Shown here in pieces: positions 30,490-42,442 of a stretch of DNA of 54,916 bases. Below the pieces are notes generated by a model. The model worked only from the letters and a program-made list of their open reading frames with translations, searched no databases and was not told where the DNA came from. The translations under genes were made by a program, and so were the position numbers. Each line of letters starts with the position of its first letter. The first letter of the stretch is position 1. Source of the stretch: Gemmatimonadota bacterium (lineage in GTDB: Bacteria; Latescibacterota; UBA2968; UBA8231); NCBI GenBank assembly GCA_038153405.1, contig JAYOYH010000032.1, positions 1 to 54,916 of the forward strand. The letters are read 5' to 3'.

Positions 30490-32016
30490 CTAGTTTTCGG
30501 AACGGCGGAACGTGCCCTTAAAGCTGGCAATGGATTCTTTGAGCTTGGCCGCATTCTCCTCGCTCAAATCGCCGGTCTCGCGAATGGCCTTCAACAAATC
30601 GCCCTGGTGATCGCGCATATACTGTATGAGCTCTTCCTCGAAGCGCCGCACGTCGGCCGTCTGCAAGTCGAGCACCGAGTCGATGGTGGCCAGCGCGACG
30701 ATTTCCTCTTGCAAGGGCATCGGCTTATACTGGCCCTGCTTGAGAATTTCCATCAGCTTTTCGCCGCGGTTGAGCAGGTTGCGCGTCGATTGATCCAGGT
30801 CAGAAGTACCAAACTGAGCAAAGGCCTTTACTTCGTTGTAGCGCGAAATATCGCCCTTGATAGAGCGCGCCACTGCTTTCATGGCCTTGGTCTGCGCTGA
30901 AGATCCCACGCGCGACACCGAAGCACCGACGTCCATGGCGGGGCGGTTGCCCGAATAGAATAGCTCGGGTTTGAGCAGGATCTGACCGTCGGTAATGGAG
31001 ATGACGTTCGTCGGCACAAAGGTCGACACATCGCCTTCGAGAATCTCAATGATGGGCAGGGCCGTAAGGGAGCCGCCACCCAGATCCGCGTTCATCTTGG
31101 CGGCGCGTTCGAGCAGGCGCGAGTGCAGGTAGAATACATCGCCCGGATAGGCCTCGCGGCCTGGCGGACGGCGCAGCACTAGGGACATCTCGCGATAGGC
31201 CCAAGCTTGCTTGGACAGATCGTCGTAGACGATGAGCGCATGCTGGCCATTGTCGCGGAAGTACTCGCCCATCGAGCAACCGGCATAGGGCGCGAGAAAC
31301 TGCAGCGGCGCAGGCTCTGAGGCGGTAGCCGATACGACGATGGTGTATTCCATGGCACCGGCCGCTTCGAGTTCGGCGACGACCTTGGCTACCGTTGAAG
31401 CCTTCTGTCCGATGGCCACGTATATACACTGTACGTTGAGGCCCTTCTGGTTGATGATCGCATCGACGGCAATGGCCGTCTTTCCGGTCTGACGGTCGCC
31501 GATGATTAGCTCGCGCTGACCGCGACCGATCGGCACTGTAGCGTCGACGATCTTAATGCCGGTCTGCAGCGGTTCTTTAACCGGCTGGCGGGCGATAACG
31601 CCGGGGGCCTTGCGCTCGATTGGCAGGGTCTGCGCGGCATTGATATCCCCCTTACCGTCGATCGGCTGCCCCAGCGGGTTGACGACGCGGCCGAGCAGCT
31701 CCGGCCCAACCGGCACCTCTACGATGCGGCCGGTGCGCTTTACCTGATCGCCCTCGCTGATCAGCGTATCGTCGCCGAAGAGCACGCAGCCAACGTTGTC
31801 TTCTTCGAGGTTGAGCGCCATGCCCATAACACCGTTGGGAAACTCCACCAACTCGGTAGCGCGCACATTCCCCAAACCGTGGACGCGCGCTATACCGTCG
31901 CCCACGTAGAGTACCGTACCCGTCTCGTATATGTCGATTTCTTTCTCAAAGCCGAGCAACTGCTGCTTGAGTATCTGAGAAATTTCGTCGGGCTGGACCA
32001 TCGCTTCGGTGGCCAT
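30490..32016 (-). CDS. atpA: ATP synthase alpha
   Basis: [29 protein letters not shown]. Confidence 0.98.
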   Translation of the reverse strand: MATEAMVQPDEISQILKQQLLGFEKEIDIYETGTVLYVGDGIARVHGLGNVRATELVEFPNGVMGMALNLEEDNVGCVLFGDDTLISEGDQVKRTGRIVEVPVGPELLGRVVNPLGQPIDGKGDINAAQTLPIERKAPGVIARQPVKEPLQTGIKIVDATVPIGRGQRELIIGDRQTGKTAIAVDAIINQKGLNVQCIYVAIGQKASTVAKVVAELEAAGAMEYTIVVSATASEPAPLQFLAPYAGCSMGEYFRDNGQHALIVYDDLSKQAWAYREMSLVLRRPPGREAYPGDVFYLHSRLLERAAKMNADLGGGSLTALPIIEILEGDVSTFVPTNVISITDGQILLKPELFYSGNRPAMDVGASVSRVGSSAQTKAMKAVARSIKGDISRYNEVKAFAQFGTSDLDQSTRNLLNRGEKLMEILKQGQYKPMPLQEEIVALATIDSVLDLQTADVRRFEEELIQYMRDHQGDLLKAIRETGDLSEENAAKLKESIASFKGTFRRSEN

Positions 32017-32075
32017 AGAATCTACCCCTTCTCGTTCTTTGTATTGCTTGCTTGTTACTAACCTGTGGCTAACGC

Positions 32076-32615
32076 TCAGGCGCCGACCAATCGTCGGCGC
32101 AGGCGTTCTAAATGCGTATTGAGACTACCGTCGAATACCGTGTCGCCCACGCGCGCTACAAGACCCCCTCGCAGCTCAGCATCAACGCGCGCATGCAAGC
32201 GTATCTGTTTACCCGTATATGCGGCCAAGCGCTCGGCCAAGCGGCCTTGCTGCTCTTCGCTCAACTGCACGGCCGAGACCACTTCTGCGCTGACAACTCC
32301 CTCGCGCTCTTCCACCATTTCGGCGAATGCGGACAGAATGGCAACGAGGATCCCGGCGCGACGGCGCTGTGCAACCAACGACAAGAAATTGCGCGTAAGC
32401 GTCTGCACCTTGCCGTCAAAAATGGCAACGAGCGTCCGATCCTGCACTTCGACGCTGAGCAGGGGGTTGGCGAGAAAATCGACGAGCTCTTGCGAACTGG
32501 CCATTGTCTCGAGCACGCCCTGAACGTCTTTGCGCACAGCATCCAACACGCCCGTTTCTTCGGCGGCATCTAACAGCGTAACCGCGTAGCGCCGCACAAC
32601 TTCGGGAGCGTTCAT
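32076..32615 (-). CDS. atpH: ATP synthase delta
   Basis: RRYA..L, VD..L.GG...RVGD...DGS; operon position. Confidence 0.93.
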   Translation of the reverse strand: MNAPEVVRRYAVTLLDAAEETGVLDAVRKDVQGVLETMASSQELVDFLANPLLSVEVQDRTLVAIFDGKVQTLTRNFLSLVAQRRRAGILVAILSAFAEMVEEREGVVSAEVVSAVQLSEEQQGRLAERLAAYTGKQIRLHARVDAELRGGLVARVGDTVFDGSLNTHLERLRRRLVGA

Positions 32616-32654
32616 TCGCGTTTTGCTCGTATGGTAACGTGTTGCGCCCAGCCG

Positions 32655-33155
32655 CTAGTTGCGCTGAGCATTCTCGGGAATTCCGGCGATCAGTTCGTCA
32701 ACCAATTTGCGGTTCTTTTCGTCGTCGAGATTGGCATCGACCAGCGCGCTAGCCGCCAGCACGGCCAAATCGGCCATTTCGCGGCGCAGCTGGGAGATGG
32801 CCGCGTTTTTCTCGCGCTCAATACTCTGACGCGCTTGCTCGGCCATGCTCTGTGCTTCCTCGCGTGCCTTGGCAACGATGTCCTGGTGGACTTTCTCAGC
32901 CGCCTCGCGCGATTGGGCAACGATCTGACGCGCCTCGGACTCGGCTTCTGCGAGCGTTGTCCGATGTTCAGCCAGCGCGGCTTCAGCCCCCTCGCGCGCT
33001 CGTTCAGCCCCTTCAAGGGCTTCGCGAATGCGACGTTCACGCTCGTCCAAGGCACCCAAGAGCTGGGGCCAAGCGAATGTTTTCAAGACGAATAGAACCA
33101 ACACAAAGGTGATGATCGTCCAGATTATAGTCCCATAATGGGGATCTAGCAGCAT
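32655..33155 (-). CDS. atpF: ATP synthase b
   Basis: N-terminal TM, FAWP..L..LDERE, coiled coil. Confidence 0.93.
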   Translation of the reverse strand: MLLDPHYGTIIWTIITFVLVLFVLKTFAWPQLLGALDERERRIREALEGAERAREGAEAALAEHRTTLAEAESEARQIVAQSREAAEKVHQDIVAKAREEAQSMAEQARQSIEREKNAAISQLRREMADLAVLAASALVDANLDDEKNRKLVDELIAGIPENAQRN

Positions 33156-33180
33156 AAGTCGAAGCTAATCCTTTTAGGTA

Positions 33181-33408
33181 CTACTTTGTGAGGACGACCA
33201 ACAGCGAAACAACTTCACCGATAAGGGCAACGCCTTCGATGAGAGCAGCCGTCAGAATCATATTCGTGCGAATATCACCAGCCGCTTCCGGCTGACGCGA
33301 AATACCTTCCATGGCCGAACCGGCCAAGCGACCAATGCCCAAGCCGGCACCGATCGTGCACAGACCCGCGCCGATACCGGCGCCCAGATAAGCCCACTGC
33401 ATTTCCAT
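33181..33408 (-). CDS. atpE: ATP synthase c
   Basis: GAGLGIG, RQPEA, ALIEGVAL; start trimmed to MEMQW. Confidence 0.95.
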   Translation of the reverse strand: MEMQWAYLGAGIGAGLCTIGAGLGIGRLAGSAMEGISRQPEAAGDIRTNMILTAALIEGVALIGEVVSLLVVLTK

Positions 33409-33442
33409 CTTGCGACACTCCTCTCTTATGAAAGAATCCCCG

Positions 33443-34288
33443 CTAGTGATCCGGGTGCGCGGCCATGCCGATAAACACCGTCGATAGCAGGGTAAAGACA
33501 AACGCTTGTACGAAAGAGACAAACACCTCGAGTAAGTAAATGGCCGCGGCAAAGGGCACGGATCCCAGTGCAACCCACTCGCTCTGCAGTATGACGATCA
33601 AACCTAGAAAGACCAGAATGGCAACGTGGCCACCTGTCATATTCGCAAAGAGACGCACGCACAGCGCGAAGGGCTTCACGAAAAGGCTAATCAATTCCAC
33701 GGGAACGAGGATGAAAAGTAGCCAGCCCGGCACACCCGTGGGAATCAGGCTCTTGAAGTAGCCAAAAAAGCCGTTGTTTGCAATGCCCGCCCCCAACATG
33801 ACGAAAAACGTGCACATAGCCAATCCCGCCGTCACGTTTATATTGCCTGTGGCAGTCGCACTATAAGGGACGAGACCGAGCAGATTGCAGAAGAGAATGA
33901 AGAAGAAAATGGTCAGCAGGAAGGGAAGATACTTTCTGCCTTGGTGCCCCATGATGGGATCGACCACTTCGTCGCGCAAAAACACGGCGATTGACTCAAA
34001 GAAGTTGGCCACTCCAGAAGGCACGACGTTGGCCTTGCGGAAAGAGCTAAGGAGCATCCCTATCAGCACCGCACTAGCAACCCACATCATCACGACATGG
34101 CGCGTAATCGACAAGTCGATCTCAACGCCCCCCAGCACAATGGGGGGGAACTGAGGCAACTCAACTTTTCCTGCGAGAAGATGCTGCGAATCGACAAAGG
34201 GCAATTCCAAGTAGTTCTGATTGAGAATATGCCCAATTATATCTACTTGCGGGGATGCGGCATCAGCCGCGTGCGCGTCTCCGGCCAT
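33443..34288 (-). CDS. atpB: ATP synthase a
   Basis: NLLGLVP, TATGNINVT, VRLFANMTGGH, QAFVFTLL. Confidence 0.96.
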   Translation of the reverse strand: MAGDAHAADAASPQVDIIGHILNQNYLELPFVDSQHLLAGKVELPQFPPIVLGGVEIDLSITRHVVMMWVASAVLIGMLLSSFRKANVVPSGVANFFESIAVFLRDEVVDPIMGHQGRKYLPFLLTIFFFILFCNLLGLVPYSATATGNINVTAGLAMCTFFVMLGAGIANNGFFGYFKSLIPTGVPGWLLFILVPVELISLFVKPFALCVRLFANMTGGHVAILVFLGLIVILQSEWVALGSVPFAAAIYLLEVFVSFVQAFVFTLLSTVFIGMAAHPDH

Positions 34289-34356
34289 TGAATATCGTCA
34301 GACTGCTTTAAAGGGCGTCGGGAAATGTAATCTATCAACACGTTTACGGGGTGAAT

Positions 34357-34385
34357 AAACTAAATAGGCCCGCGACATCTGTCAA
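34357..34385 (-). promoter_or_regulatory. Sigma-70-type promoter upstream of atpB
   Basis: TTGACA-N17-TAGTTT. Confidence 0.6.
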
Positions 34386-34410
34386 TAAAAATTGGTCTAT
34401 AATGGACAAT

Positions 34411-34737
34411 TTAATCGGCTTTTGCGGCCTCTCCTACTTCGGCCTGCTTGCGCTGGGCATTTTTTGCCAGCGCGTAGTATATCTCTATACCCAAAAACAG
34501 CAGATAAGCACCCAACATAGCGACGATGTAGCTCGGGGCGTGCGTGTCGGTAAAGGACAGCACATATGCAGAAGCCGCTGCGATGAGCAGGAGGCGTATG
34601 AGCATCCCCCCCATAAACGCCGTCATGAACACCTGGTGTCCCTTGCCATCCGACCAGCGCAGGGCCCACAGCGCCAGACACCCCGTCAGCGAACCGACGG
34701 CCGCTCCGAGCGCGACACCTTCCCATTCCATGGTCAT
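34411..34737 (-). CDS. AtpI-like membrane protein
   Basis: Several TM segments with GMLIRLL; ATGA overlap with the upstream gene. Confidence 0.75.
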   Translation of the reverse strand: MTMEWEGVALGAAVGSLTGCLALWALRWSDGKGHQVFMTAFMGGMLIRLLLIAAASAYVLSFTDTHAPSYIVAMLGAYLLFLGIEIYYALAKNAQRKQAEVGEAAKAD

Positions 34738-34988
34738 TTTTTCGACTCCCGATCTCTCTTTTCCATGTCCATTAGTTTTAACCACAAGTGGTAAAACCCT
34801 GCGCCTGCGCCCAAGAACATGCCAACCAGTACAAAGAGCGGCAAGGTGGAGAAATAGCCATCTAACCACCAGCCACCGCCCGCCCCGAATAGGGTAGAGA
34901 GGGCAAATTGTATGCCCATGCCCATGTAGCGACTGGATTCGGCGTACGAGGACAGCACTTTGGGCTTGTTGCGCTTGTCCGGTGACAT
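34734..34988 (-). CDS. AtpZ/AtpI-family (ATPase gene 1) protein
   Basis: MGIQFA..GWWLDGYF.T.P.F.LVG..LG. Confidence 0.85.
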   Translation of the reverse strand: MSPDKRNKPKVLSSYAESSRYMGMGIQFALSTLFGAGGGWWLDGYFSTLPLFVLVGMFLGAGAGFYHLWLKLMDMEKRDRESKK

Positions 34989-35017
34989 GACCTACTCCGA
35001 TTGCGGCAGCGCAGCGC

Positions 35018-35049
35018 AAAAAAAAGCGGTGGACGTACGTCCACCGCTC
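35018..35049 (-). terminator. nqr operon terminator
   Basis: Perfect 24-bp palindrome AGCGGTGGACGTACGTCCACCGCT running into a T8 tract on the minus strand. Confidence 0.8.
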
Positions 35050-35069
35050 ATACACAAACTCATCGCACG

Positions 35070-35288
35070 CTAGTTAGCGGCCAGTACCGCATCCAGCGAT
35101 TTCTTTTCCTCGCCGCCGCACGATCCGGGCTTGGCCCCGCACTCGCACATCGGCTGACCGTAGCGGTCGCTCATTGAACTCAGACCGCCACACGATCCCT
35201 TGATGCGGCGATCGGAGAAAATCACGCCCACGGCCATGGCCAACATGACCAATCCAAAAGCGATAAATGCGGCAATTAGCGAAGTCAT
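35070..35288 (-). CDS. nqrM: Na+-NQR maturation factor (DUF539)
   Basis: TM helix, MAVGVI..RIKGSCGGL, C..C and a further Cys; follows nqrF. Confidence 0.85.
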   Translation of the reverse strand: MTSLIAAFIAFGLVMLAMAVGVIFSDRRIKGSCGGLSSMSDRYGQPMCECGAKPGSCGGEEKKSLDAVLAAN

Positions 35289-35330
35289 TATCCTATCCCA
35301 GAGAGAGAATGGCGCGCACTTAGGCGCGGC

Positions 35331-36578
35331 TCAGGAACCAAAGTCGTCAAAGCGGATCATCTCTTCTTCCACGCCGAGGTCGTCGAGCATTTTGAACACC
35401 GCCTGTGCCATCATCGGCGGTCCGCACATGTAGAACTCAATATCTTCGGGCGACGGATGGTCCTTAAGGTAGTTTTCGTGGACGACCTGGTGGATAAAAC
35501 CCACGTAGCCCGTCCAATTATCTTCCGGACGCGGATCGGACATGGCAATGTGAAAAGTGAAGTTGGGAAACTCCTCTTCGATCTTGCGGAAGTGGTCTTC
35601 GTAGAAAACCTCGTTGGGATTCCGTGCCCCATACCAGTACGATACCTTGCGACCCGTCTTCAGCGTGTGGAAGAGGTGGAAGATATGCGAGCGCAGCGGC
35701 GCCATACCCGCGCCACCGCCGATGTACACCATCTCGCGATCGGTCTCTTGAATAAAGAACTCGCCAAAGGGACCCGAGATCGTCACCTTGTCACCCGGCT
35801 TGCGGCTGAACACGTAAGACGAGGCTATGCCAGGCGGCACCTGCTTCCAACCGGTCGGCGACGAGCGATCCGGCGGCGGCGTGGCGATGCGAATGTTGAG
35901 CATGATGATATTGCCCTCGGCCGGATGGTTAGCCATCGAGTAGGCGCGCACCGCCGTCTCTGTATTGACGGCCTTGAAATCCCACACCTTGAATCGATTC
36001 CAGTCGGGCTTGAAGCGCTCTTCAATGCCTTCAAAACCGCTGTAATCGGCTTCGTAGGGCGGCACCTCGATCTGAATGTAGGCACCCGATTCGAAGTCCA
36101 GCGTTTCCCCTTCGGGTAAACGGACGACGAATTCCTTGATAAAGGTCGCGACGTTGTCATTCGACACGACTTCGCACTCCCACTTCTTGACCGAGAAGAA
36201 TTCGGCCGGCACTTCGACCTTCATATCCTGCTTGACGTTGACCTGGCACGATAGGCGCATACCCTCGCGCGCCTGTCCCTTGGTGATGTGGGTCAGTTCC
36301 GTCGGCAGGATATCGCCCCCCCCCTCGTGCACGTGCACCTTGCACTGGGCGCAGGTGCCGCCGCCGCCGCAGGCGGAAGAGACGAAGATCTTGTTGTCGG
36401 CGAGGACGTTGAGCAATTTGCCGCCGGCCGGCACCGACAGGGCTTTGCTCTCGTCGTTATTGATGAGAATCCGCACATCGCCGCTGGCCACCAGCTTGGA
36501 ACGGGCAGCCAGAATGAGGGCCACCAGCGCCAACACGATGGCGATGAACATGCCTACTCCGGATACGATTTCAGTCAT
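35331..36578 (-). CDS. nqrF: Na+-NQR subunit F
   Basis: [44 protein letters not shown]. Confidence 0.97.
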   Translation of the reverse strand: MTEIVSGVGMFIAIVLALVALILAARSKLVASGDVRILINNDESKALSVPAGGKLLNVLADNKIFVSSACGGGGTCAQCKVHVHEGGGDILPTELTHITKGQAREGMRLSCQVNVKQDMKVEVPAEFFSVKKWECEVVSNDNVATFIKEFVVRLPEGETLDFESGAYIQIEVPPYEADYSGFEGIEERFKPDWNRFKVWDFKAVNTETAVRAYSMANHPAEGNIIMLNIRIATPPPDRSSPTGWKQVPPGIASSYVFSRKPGDKVTISGPFGEFFIQETDREMVYIGGGAGMAPLRSHIFHLFHTLKTGRKVSYWYGARNPNEVFYEDHFRKIEEEFPNFTFHIAMSDPRPEDNWTGYVGFIHQVVHENYLKDHPSPEDIEFYMCGPPMMAQAVFKMLDDLGVEEEMIRFDDFGS

Positions 36579-36602
36579 TTGAACGCTCGCTTCTCCTCGG
36601 GA

Positions 36603-37211
36603 TTAAAGCTGGATGCCGGAAAACGACATAAAGGCCAACGACATCAGGCCAACCGTGATAAACGTAATGCCCAAGCCGCGCAGGGGCGGTGGCACATCGC
36701 TGTATTTCAACTTTTCGCGCACTCCGGCCAAGGCGACAATGGCCAGTCCCCAGCCGAACCCTGAACCCAGTCCAAAGACGGCGCTCTCCGCAAAAGTGTA
36801 ATCGCGCTCAACCATGAAAAGCGAACCGCCGAGAATGGCGCAGTTGACGGTAATGAGCGGCAAAAAGATGCCGAGCGCATTGTAGAGGGCGGGCACGTAT
36901 TTATCGAGAAACATCTCGAGAATCTGCACCATGGCGGCAATAATGCCAATGTAGCTAATTAGCCCAATAAAGGTCAGGTCGACGCCGCTCAGACCAGCCC
37001 AGGCCAGCGCGTCTTCCTTTAGCAGATACTGAAAGACGAGGTTGTTGGCCGGAACTGTAATCAGCTGCACAACGGTGACCGCAATGCCGAGGCCAAAGGC
37101 CGTACTGACGTTTTTAGATACGGCCAGAAAGGTGCACATGCCGAGAAAAAAGGCCAGCGCCATATTCTCGACAAACACCGATTTCATAAAAATGTTCAGA
37201 TACACTTCCAC
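36603..37211 (-). CDS. nqrE: Na+-NQR subunit E
   Basis: [29 protein letters not shown]. Confidence 0.96.
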   Translation of the reverse strand: MEVYLNIFMKSVFVENMALAFFLGMCTFLAVSKNVSTAFGLGIAVTVVQLITVPANNLVFQYLLKEDALAWAGLSGVDLTFIGLISYIGIIAAMVQILEMFLDKYVPALYNALGIFLPLITVNCAILGGSLFMVERDYTFAESAVFGLGSGFGWGLAIVALAGVREKLKYSDVPPPLRGLGITFITVGLMSLAFMSFSGIQL

Positions 37212-37214
37212 TTT

Positions 37215-37841
37215 CTAGTTCTCCTCTTCAATCTGCTCGGTCTTCACTGCGCGCAGCAACCAGATAAAAAAGCCGATGAGGAAAAAGGCGCTCGGCGGTA
37301 GCAGCATCATGCCGTTGGGCACGTACCAACCGCCTTCGTTCGCCAAGGCAAACATCTCTATACCGTACAGCTTGCCCGAGCCGAATAGCTCGCGAAAAAA
37401 GCCGACGACGAGCAGAATCAGACTATAGCCCAGCGCATTGCCCAATCCGTCGAGAAAGCTCATACCGGGGCCGTTTTTCATAGCAAAAGCCTCGGCGCGC
37501 CCCATGACGATACAGTTGGTGATAATCAGGCCAACAAAGACCGATAGCTGCTTGCTGACATCAAAGGCGTAGGCGCGCAAAAACTGGTCGACGATTATCA
37601 CCAGCGAGGCAATAATCGTCATTTGCACGATAATGCGGATATTGTTGGGAATAAAGTTGCGAATCAGACTAACGGCCGTGTTCGACATGGAAATGACAAA
37701 CACAACGGCCAGCGACATGGTGACAGCGGTCTCGAGTTTAGTCGTCACCGCCAGCGCCGAACAAATTCCCAGGATCTGCAGGGCGATTGGATTGTCATTG
37801 AAGAGCGGATTGAATAGGACGTCTTTCGCCTTGTCGGCCAT
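37215..37841 (-). CDS. nqrD: Na+-NQR subunit D
   Basis: [35 protein letters not shown]. Confidence 0.96.
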   Translation of the reverse strand: MADKAKDVLFNPLFNDNPIALQILGICSALAVTTKLETAVTMSLAVVFVISMSNTAVSLIRNFIPNNIRIIVQMTIIASLVIIVDQFLRAYAFDVSKQLSVFVGLIITNCIVMGRAEAFAMKNGPGMSFLDGLGNALGYSLILLVVGFFRELFGSGKLYGIEMFALANEGGWYVPNGMMLLPPSAFFLIGFFIWLLRAVKTEQIEEEN

Positions 37842-37842
37842 T

Positions 37843-38631
37843 TTAGCTCACTCCTTGCTCGCGCAATTTGTCGAGATAGGGGGCAAAGCCCTCCTCGCCT
37901 AACCAATATTGCAACATGTCTTTCACCCCGCGCGCGGTGATCGTGGCGCCGGATAGCCCGTCGACCTGATGCTGCGCCGCCGGGTTGCCGGGTACGACCT
38001 GCCCCTTGATCACCTCGATGCGCACTTCCCCATTTTCGCCGTAGGCCTTCTTGCCATCCCACAGCGCTTTCCAGTTGGGGTTGTCGACTTCGCCACCCAG
38101 GCCAGGAGTCTCGGCGTGCTCGTAGTAGACCAACCCGCGAATCGTGTTGAGGTCTTTGGCATCGAGCGCCAGAAAGCCGTAGAGCGTCGACCACAGTCCC
38201 TTGCCATTGACCGGCAGGATGACCTTGCGTATGCGCTTGCCGTCCGACACCACGTAGACATCGGATAGCTTGGCGCGGCGCTTAATACCCGCCAAGTCCT
38301 TTGCTGGCGCAATAGCTTCGCTCTGAGCTGGGTCAATAGCCGCCTTGCGCGCGTCAAAGTCGCTGGGGTTAACGTCGGCGTACTCGCCCGTCGACAGATC
38401 GATCACGCGGGCTTCGATATTCCCATACAGTTCGTCGATGCGCGCCGAACCTGCGCTCTCGCCCGTTTTTAACAGGCCTGCGGCCATCAGAATGTTGCGT
38501 TTTTTGTCCAGCGCCTTGTTGACCGACTGGGTTGGCTTCAGCGATACGGCCGCTGCGGAAACCAGAACGGAGCAGACCAGGCAAACGGCCAAGGCGACGC
38601 CAAACGTCTTACCTACTGTGTCTTTTGCCAC
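37843..38631 (-). CDS. nqrC: Na+-NQR subunit C
   Basis: [16 protein letters not shown]-attachment motif DGLSGATIT. Confidence 0.96.
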   Translation of the reverse strand: MAKDTVGKTFGVALAVCLVCSVLVSAAAVSLKPTQSVNKALDKKRNILMAAGLLKTGESAGSARIDELYGNIEARVIDLSTGEYADVNPSDFDARKAAIDPAQSEAIAPAKDLAGIKRRAKLSDVYVVSDGKRIRKVILPVNGKGLWSTLYGFLALDAKDLNTIRGLVYYEHAETPGLGGEVDNPNWKALWDGKKAYGENGEVRIEVIKGQVVPGNPAAQHQVDGLSGATITARGVKDMLQYWLGEEGFAPYLDKLREQGVS

Positions 38632-38643
38632 GTGATACCTCGC

Positions 38644-39861
38644 TTAGTTGCTAACGGCCGTGCGCACCAACCGCCGCTTAATATTGGCGTGCACGACGAC
38701 GTAGTCGATGACCGGTGCGAAGACGTTTCCAAAGAGGATGGCCAGCATGACGCCCTCGGGGAAAGCCGGATTGATCACGCGCACCAGCACCGTCATTAGG
38801 CCGATGAGCGCTCCGTAGAACCAGCGTCCCGCCTCCGTCATAGAAGCCGAGACCGGATCGGTAGCCATAAAGACGCAGCCAAAGGCAAAGCCACCGACAA
38901 CCAAGTGCCACAGACCGTCCATTTGAAACATCGGGTTGGTGTCGCTGCCGATCCAGTGGAGCAATTCGGCAAAGAAAAACGTGGAAAGGGCCATGCTGAC
39001 GATGATGCGCCAGGAGCCAATGCCCGTGACGATGAGGACGATGGCGCCCAGCAGACAGGCCAGCGCAGACGTCTCGCCCATCGAGCCGGGAATCGTTCCC
39101 AAGAACGAGTCCATGAAAGAAACCGACTCGCGCACGGCGCCCATCCCGCTCTCGGCGCCAATGCCCAGCGCCGTAGCCCGGGTATAGCCGTCGGCTCCCA
39201 CCCAGACGGCATTGCCGCTGATGGCAGCCGGATAGGCAAAGTAGAGAAAGGCGCGACCCGTCAGCGCCGGGTTGAGAAAGTTCTTGCCCGTGCCGCCAAA
39301 GACTTCTTTGCCGACGACTACGCCGAAGCTCACGCCCAGGGCCACCTGCCACAGGGGGATCGTCGGCGGCAACGTCAGCGGAAAGAGCATGCCCGTGACG
39401 AGGAAACCCTCGTTTATTTCGTGGCCGCGCAGGGTGGCAAACAGCCCCTCCCATAATCCGCCGACCATGTTGCACACAAGGAAAACCGGCAGAAAATAGA
39501 GCGCGCCATGCAGCATATTAGCGATAAAGCTAGTCGGCGAATAGCCCAGTCCGACGATGTCCATCACCACGCCACGCCAGCCGCCAGCCGTAGATAACCC
39601 CATCTCCTGCATGGCCAAATTGGCCTGATAGCCCGTGTTCCAGAAAGCCATGAATATGCACGGGATGAGCGCGACGACCACGGTGATCATCGTGCGCTTG
39701 AGATCGATGCTATCGCGCACATGCGTCGGCCCATTAGTTACTCTGCCAGGCGTGTATAAGAAGGTGTCTGCCGCCTCAAAAAGCGCGTAGCCCTTTTCCA
39801 GTGGACCACCCTTGTGAAAAAGCGGTTCGGCCTGATCCAACAAATCTCTCAGCAGCTTCAT
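38644..39861 (-). CDS. nqrB: Na+-NQR subunit B
   Basis: [40 protein letters not shown]. Confidence 0.96.
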   Translation of the reverse strand: MKLLRDLLDQAEPLFHKGGPLEKGYALFEAADTFLYTPGRVTNGPTHVRDSIDLKRTMITVVVALIPCIFMAFWNTGYQANLAMQEMGLSTAGGWRGVVMDIVGLGYSPTSFIANMLHGALYFLPVFLVCNMVGGLWEGLFATLRGHEINEGFLVTGMLFPLTLPPTIPLWQVALGVSFGVVVGKEVFGGTGKNFLNPALTGRAFLYFAYPAAISGNAVWVGADGYTRATALGIGAESGMGAVRESVSFMDSFLGTIPGSMGETSALACLLGAIVLIVTGIGSWRIIVSMALSTFFFAELLHWIGSDTNPMFQMDGLWHLVVGGFAFGCVFMATDPVSASMTEAGRWFYGALIGLMTVLVRVINPAFPEGVMLAILFGNVFAPVIDYVVVHANIKRRLVRTAVSN

Positions 39862-39870
39862 CGCACTATT

Positions 39871-41217
39871 TCATCCTTCCAGTTCAATCTGTTCGAGATT
39901 TTTCCGCAGAAGCGGCCCATACTCGTATTTACCCGGACATACAAACGTGCACAAGCCCAAATCTTCCTCGTCTAGCTCCAGCGCGCCCAACAGCTGGGCC
40001 TGATCCGTATCTCCGGTGATCAACGAACGCAGTAAATACGTTGGCACGACGTCGAGCGGCATCACCTTTTCGTAGGCGCTGATAGGCACCATGGCGCGAT
40101 CGCTACCCTCTATCGACGTAGTGAAGTTAAAGAGCTTGCTGGGAAGCAGCTTGGACACGAATACGTTTTTGACGGAAAACTTATCGACGCCGGGCTTCTG
40201 CCAACCGAGAAATTCGCGCTCGCGGCCCTCGGCCAATACCGAAATCTGGCCGTGGTAGCGACCGAGAAAGTCGAACGGTCCAACGGCCGCGCGCCCCGAA
40301 AATACGGAGCCGGAGATGATTCGATTTTCGCCCGATTTCAACTGGCCGGCGGTCAGCTCGCTTAGGTTGGCGCCCAAGCGCGTGCGCACGAGGCGCGGCC
40401 GCTCTACCTGCGGGCCTGCCAGCGCGACGACGCGCTCGCAGGAAAGGCGTCCGGTCGCAAAGAGCTTACCCACGGCAACCACGTCTTGGTAATTGATATA
40501 CCAAACGGTCTTATTCATGCCTACGGGATCGACGAAGTGAATGTGCGTCCCGGGCAAGCCGGCCGGATGCGGGCCGGCAAACTCGACCTCCTGGCAGCCT
40601 TCGGCGCGAACGGATGCGCCCGGCGCCTTGCACAAATAAGTCGGCCCATCGCTCAGCTTGCTCAGCAAGCGGGCGCCAAGGGCAAAATCCGCCTCATGAC
40701 CGGCCAGCACCGCTTGGGGGTCGGCGGCCAGTGGGTTGGTGTCCATCGCAGTGATAAAGAGCGAATGCGGAACGCTGTGCGGCGAGGGCACTTTACTGTA
40801 CGGGCGCGTGCGCAGCGCCGTCCATAGACCCGAGGCCACCAACTTGTCGCGCACCTGCTCGCGGCTGAGCTGGTCGGGCGCCACGTCGGAGAATTCCTCG
40901 AAGCGCTCTTCGGCGTCACCTGCCACTTCGATGACCAGCGACAGTAGAATCCGTTTGGCACCTCGGTTGATGGCGACGACGTTACCACTGGCAGGAGAGG
41001 TATAGCGCACGCCGGGCGTCTTCTTATCTTCAAATAGCAGCTGGCCCAGGGCTACTTGGTCGCCCTCTTTCACGGCCATCGTGGGCCTCATGCCGATGTA
41101 GTCCGTACCGATGACGGCTACATGGCGAACGGCCGCGCCTTCGTCGATCACCTGCTCGGGCGAACCCGTTATGGGCAGGTTGAGGCCTTTCTTCACTTGT
41201 ATGCGACTGCTAGCCAT
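39871..41217 (-). CDS. nqrA: Na+-NQR subunit A
   Basis: [36 protein letters not shown]. Confidence 0.96.
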   Translation of the reverse strand: MASSRIQVKKGLNLPITGSPEQVIDEGAAVRHVAVIGTDYIGMRPTMAVKEGDQVALGQLLFEDKKTPGVRYTSPASGNVVAINRGAKRILLSLVIEVAGDAEERFEEFSDVAPDQLSREQVRDKLVASGLWTALRTRPYSKVPSPHSVPHSLFITAMDTNPLAADPQAVLAGHEADFALGARLLSKLSDGPTYLCKAPGASVRAEGCQEVEFAGPHPAGLPGTHIHFVDPVGMNKTVWYINYQDVVAVGKLFATGRLSCERVVALAGPQVERPRLVRTRLGANLSELTAGQLKSGENRIISGSVFSGRAAVGPFDFLGRYHGQISVLAEGREREFLGWQKPGVDKFSVKNVFVSKLLPSKLFNFTTSIEGSDRAMVPISAYEKVMPLDVVPTYLLRSLITGDTDQAQLLGALELDEEDLGLCTFVCPGKYEYGPLLRKNLEQIELEG

Positions 41218-41304
41218 AGTTGATGAGAACGATCCCCTCTGAGAAAGGAGCCAGAAACAGCTCCGGAGCTGTGCGTTGGCTTACATCTCGAAACTAAGCA
41301 GTCT

Positions 41305-41333
41305 AGTTTAAATCCGCATTCAAAGTCTGTCAA
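41305..41333 (-). promoter_or_regulatory. Sigma-70-type promoter of the nqr operon
   Basis: TTGACA-N17-TAAACT. Confidence 0.65.
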
Positions 41334-41539
41334 GACGGAGGTGCACCCCGCGCCAACCAGAGCGTCGAATGGCAAAAACGGGAGTCGCTCAGACCGCTCT
41401 TTCACTCTATGCGAGGCCGTTCCCGGCGCGCTCCCATCAGGCCAGCGATTTGCCAGCGGGGCGATTTCGGCGCTGCGCCGTGCAGCTTGCTACCCGAGGC
41501 AGGCCTACATATTATTGGCTAAATCAAACTAAGGTCTCT

Positions 41540-42442
41540 ATGTCCAACGACGCTTCCCGCGAAAAAACGACCGTTGCCCAACTGCAGGCGAAAAAAGGTC
41601 AGCAGCAAAAGATCAGCATGCTGACGGCCTATGACTACCCAACCGCGCGCCTGCAAGACGAATCCGGAATAGATATCGTCTTTGTCGGCGACTCGCTCGG
41701 CACCAACGTGCTCGGATACCGCTCGCCGCAGCAGGTCACCATGGAGGACATCCTGCATCACCTGCGCGCTGTCCGCCGCGGCGTCGAGCGCGCATTTCTG
41801 TTGGCCGATCTGCCCTTCATGGCGTACCAACCCTCCGTCGAAAGGGCCTTGATCAACGCCGGTCGCCTAGTGCAAGAGGGCGGCGCGGAGGGCATAAAGT
41901 TAGAGGGAGGGTCTCCCGTACTGTCCCAGGTGCGCGCCATAGCCGATGCCGGTATCCCCATCATGGGCCACCTCGGCTTCACTCCGCAGTACCAGGTGCG
42001 CGACTTCTATCTCTTTAGCGAGCGCCGCGGCACCGTCCCCAAGTTTCAGGGCAAGGGCCCCAAAGGCGCACAGCGCCTGTTGGAGGAGGCCTTGCGCCTC
42101 GAAGACGCCGGCGCGTTTGGCATCGTCTTGGAATTAGTGACGGAAGAGGCGGCGCAGATCATCAGCCAGCGCCTGCGCATTCCCGTAATCGGCATAGGTG
42201 CCGGCGTTCACTGCGATGGCCAAGTGCTCGTCGTCAACGATCTATTGGGTATATCGGACGCCGCTCTGACACTGGCTACGCCTTACATCAACGTGCATCA
42301 GCAGATGCGCGAGGTATTTATTCGCTTCCGCGACGACGTAGAGGCCCTGCGCTTTCCCGCTCCGGAAAACGCCATGCACATGCAGCCGGAAAAGTTACAG
42401 CAGCTGCAGACCCTCTTACAAAGCAATGGAGAAAAAAACTGA
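41540..42442 (+). CDS. panB: Ketopantoate hydroxymethyltransferase
   Basis: MLTAYD, VGDSLG, ADLPF, KLEGG, GHLGFTPQ, IGIGAG..CDGQVLV; start trimmed to ATG 41540. Confidence 0.93.
   Translation: MSNDASREKTTVAQLQAKKGQQQKISMLTAYDYPTARLQDESGIDIVFVGDSLGTNVLGYRSPQQVTMEDILHHLRAVRRGVERAFLLADLPFMAYQPSVERALINAGRLVQEGGAEGIKLEGGSPVLSQVRAIADAGIPIMGHLGFTPQYQVRDFYLFSERRGTVPKFQGKGPKGAQRLLEEALRLEDAGAFGIVLELVTEEAAQIISQRLRIPVIGIGAGVHCDGQVLVVNDLLGISDAALTLATPYINVHQQMREVFIRFRDDVEALRFPAPENAMHMQPEKLQQLQTLLQSNGEKN

Noticed and set aside
35025..35048. 24-bp perfect palindrome as a mobile-element or CRISPR-type repeat
   Set aside because: It is single-copy in the window and explained by a terminator after nqrM.
34738..35055. 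Extension of ORF 34411..35055
   Set aside because: It runs through atpZ and the terminator; the ATGA-coupled start at 34737 is more plausible.
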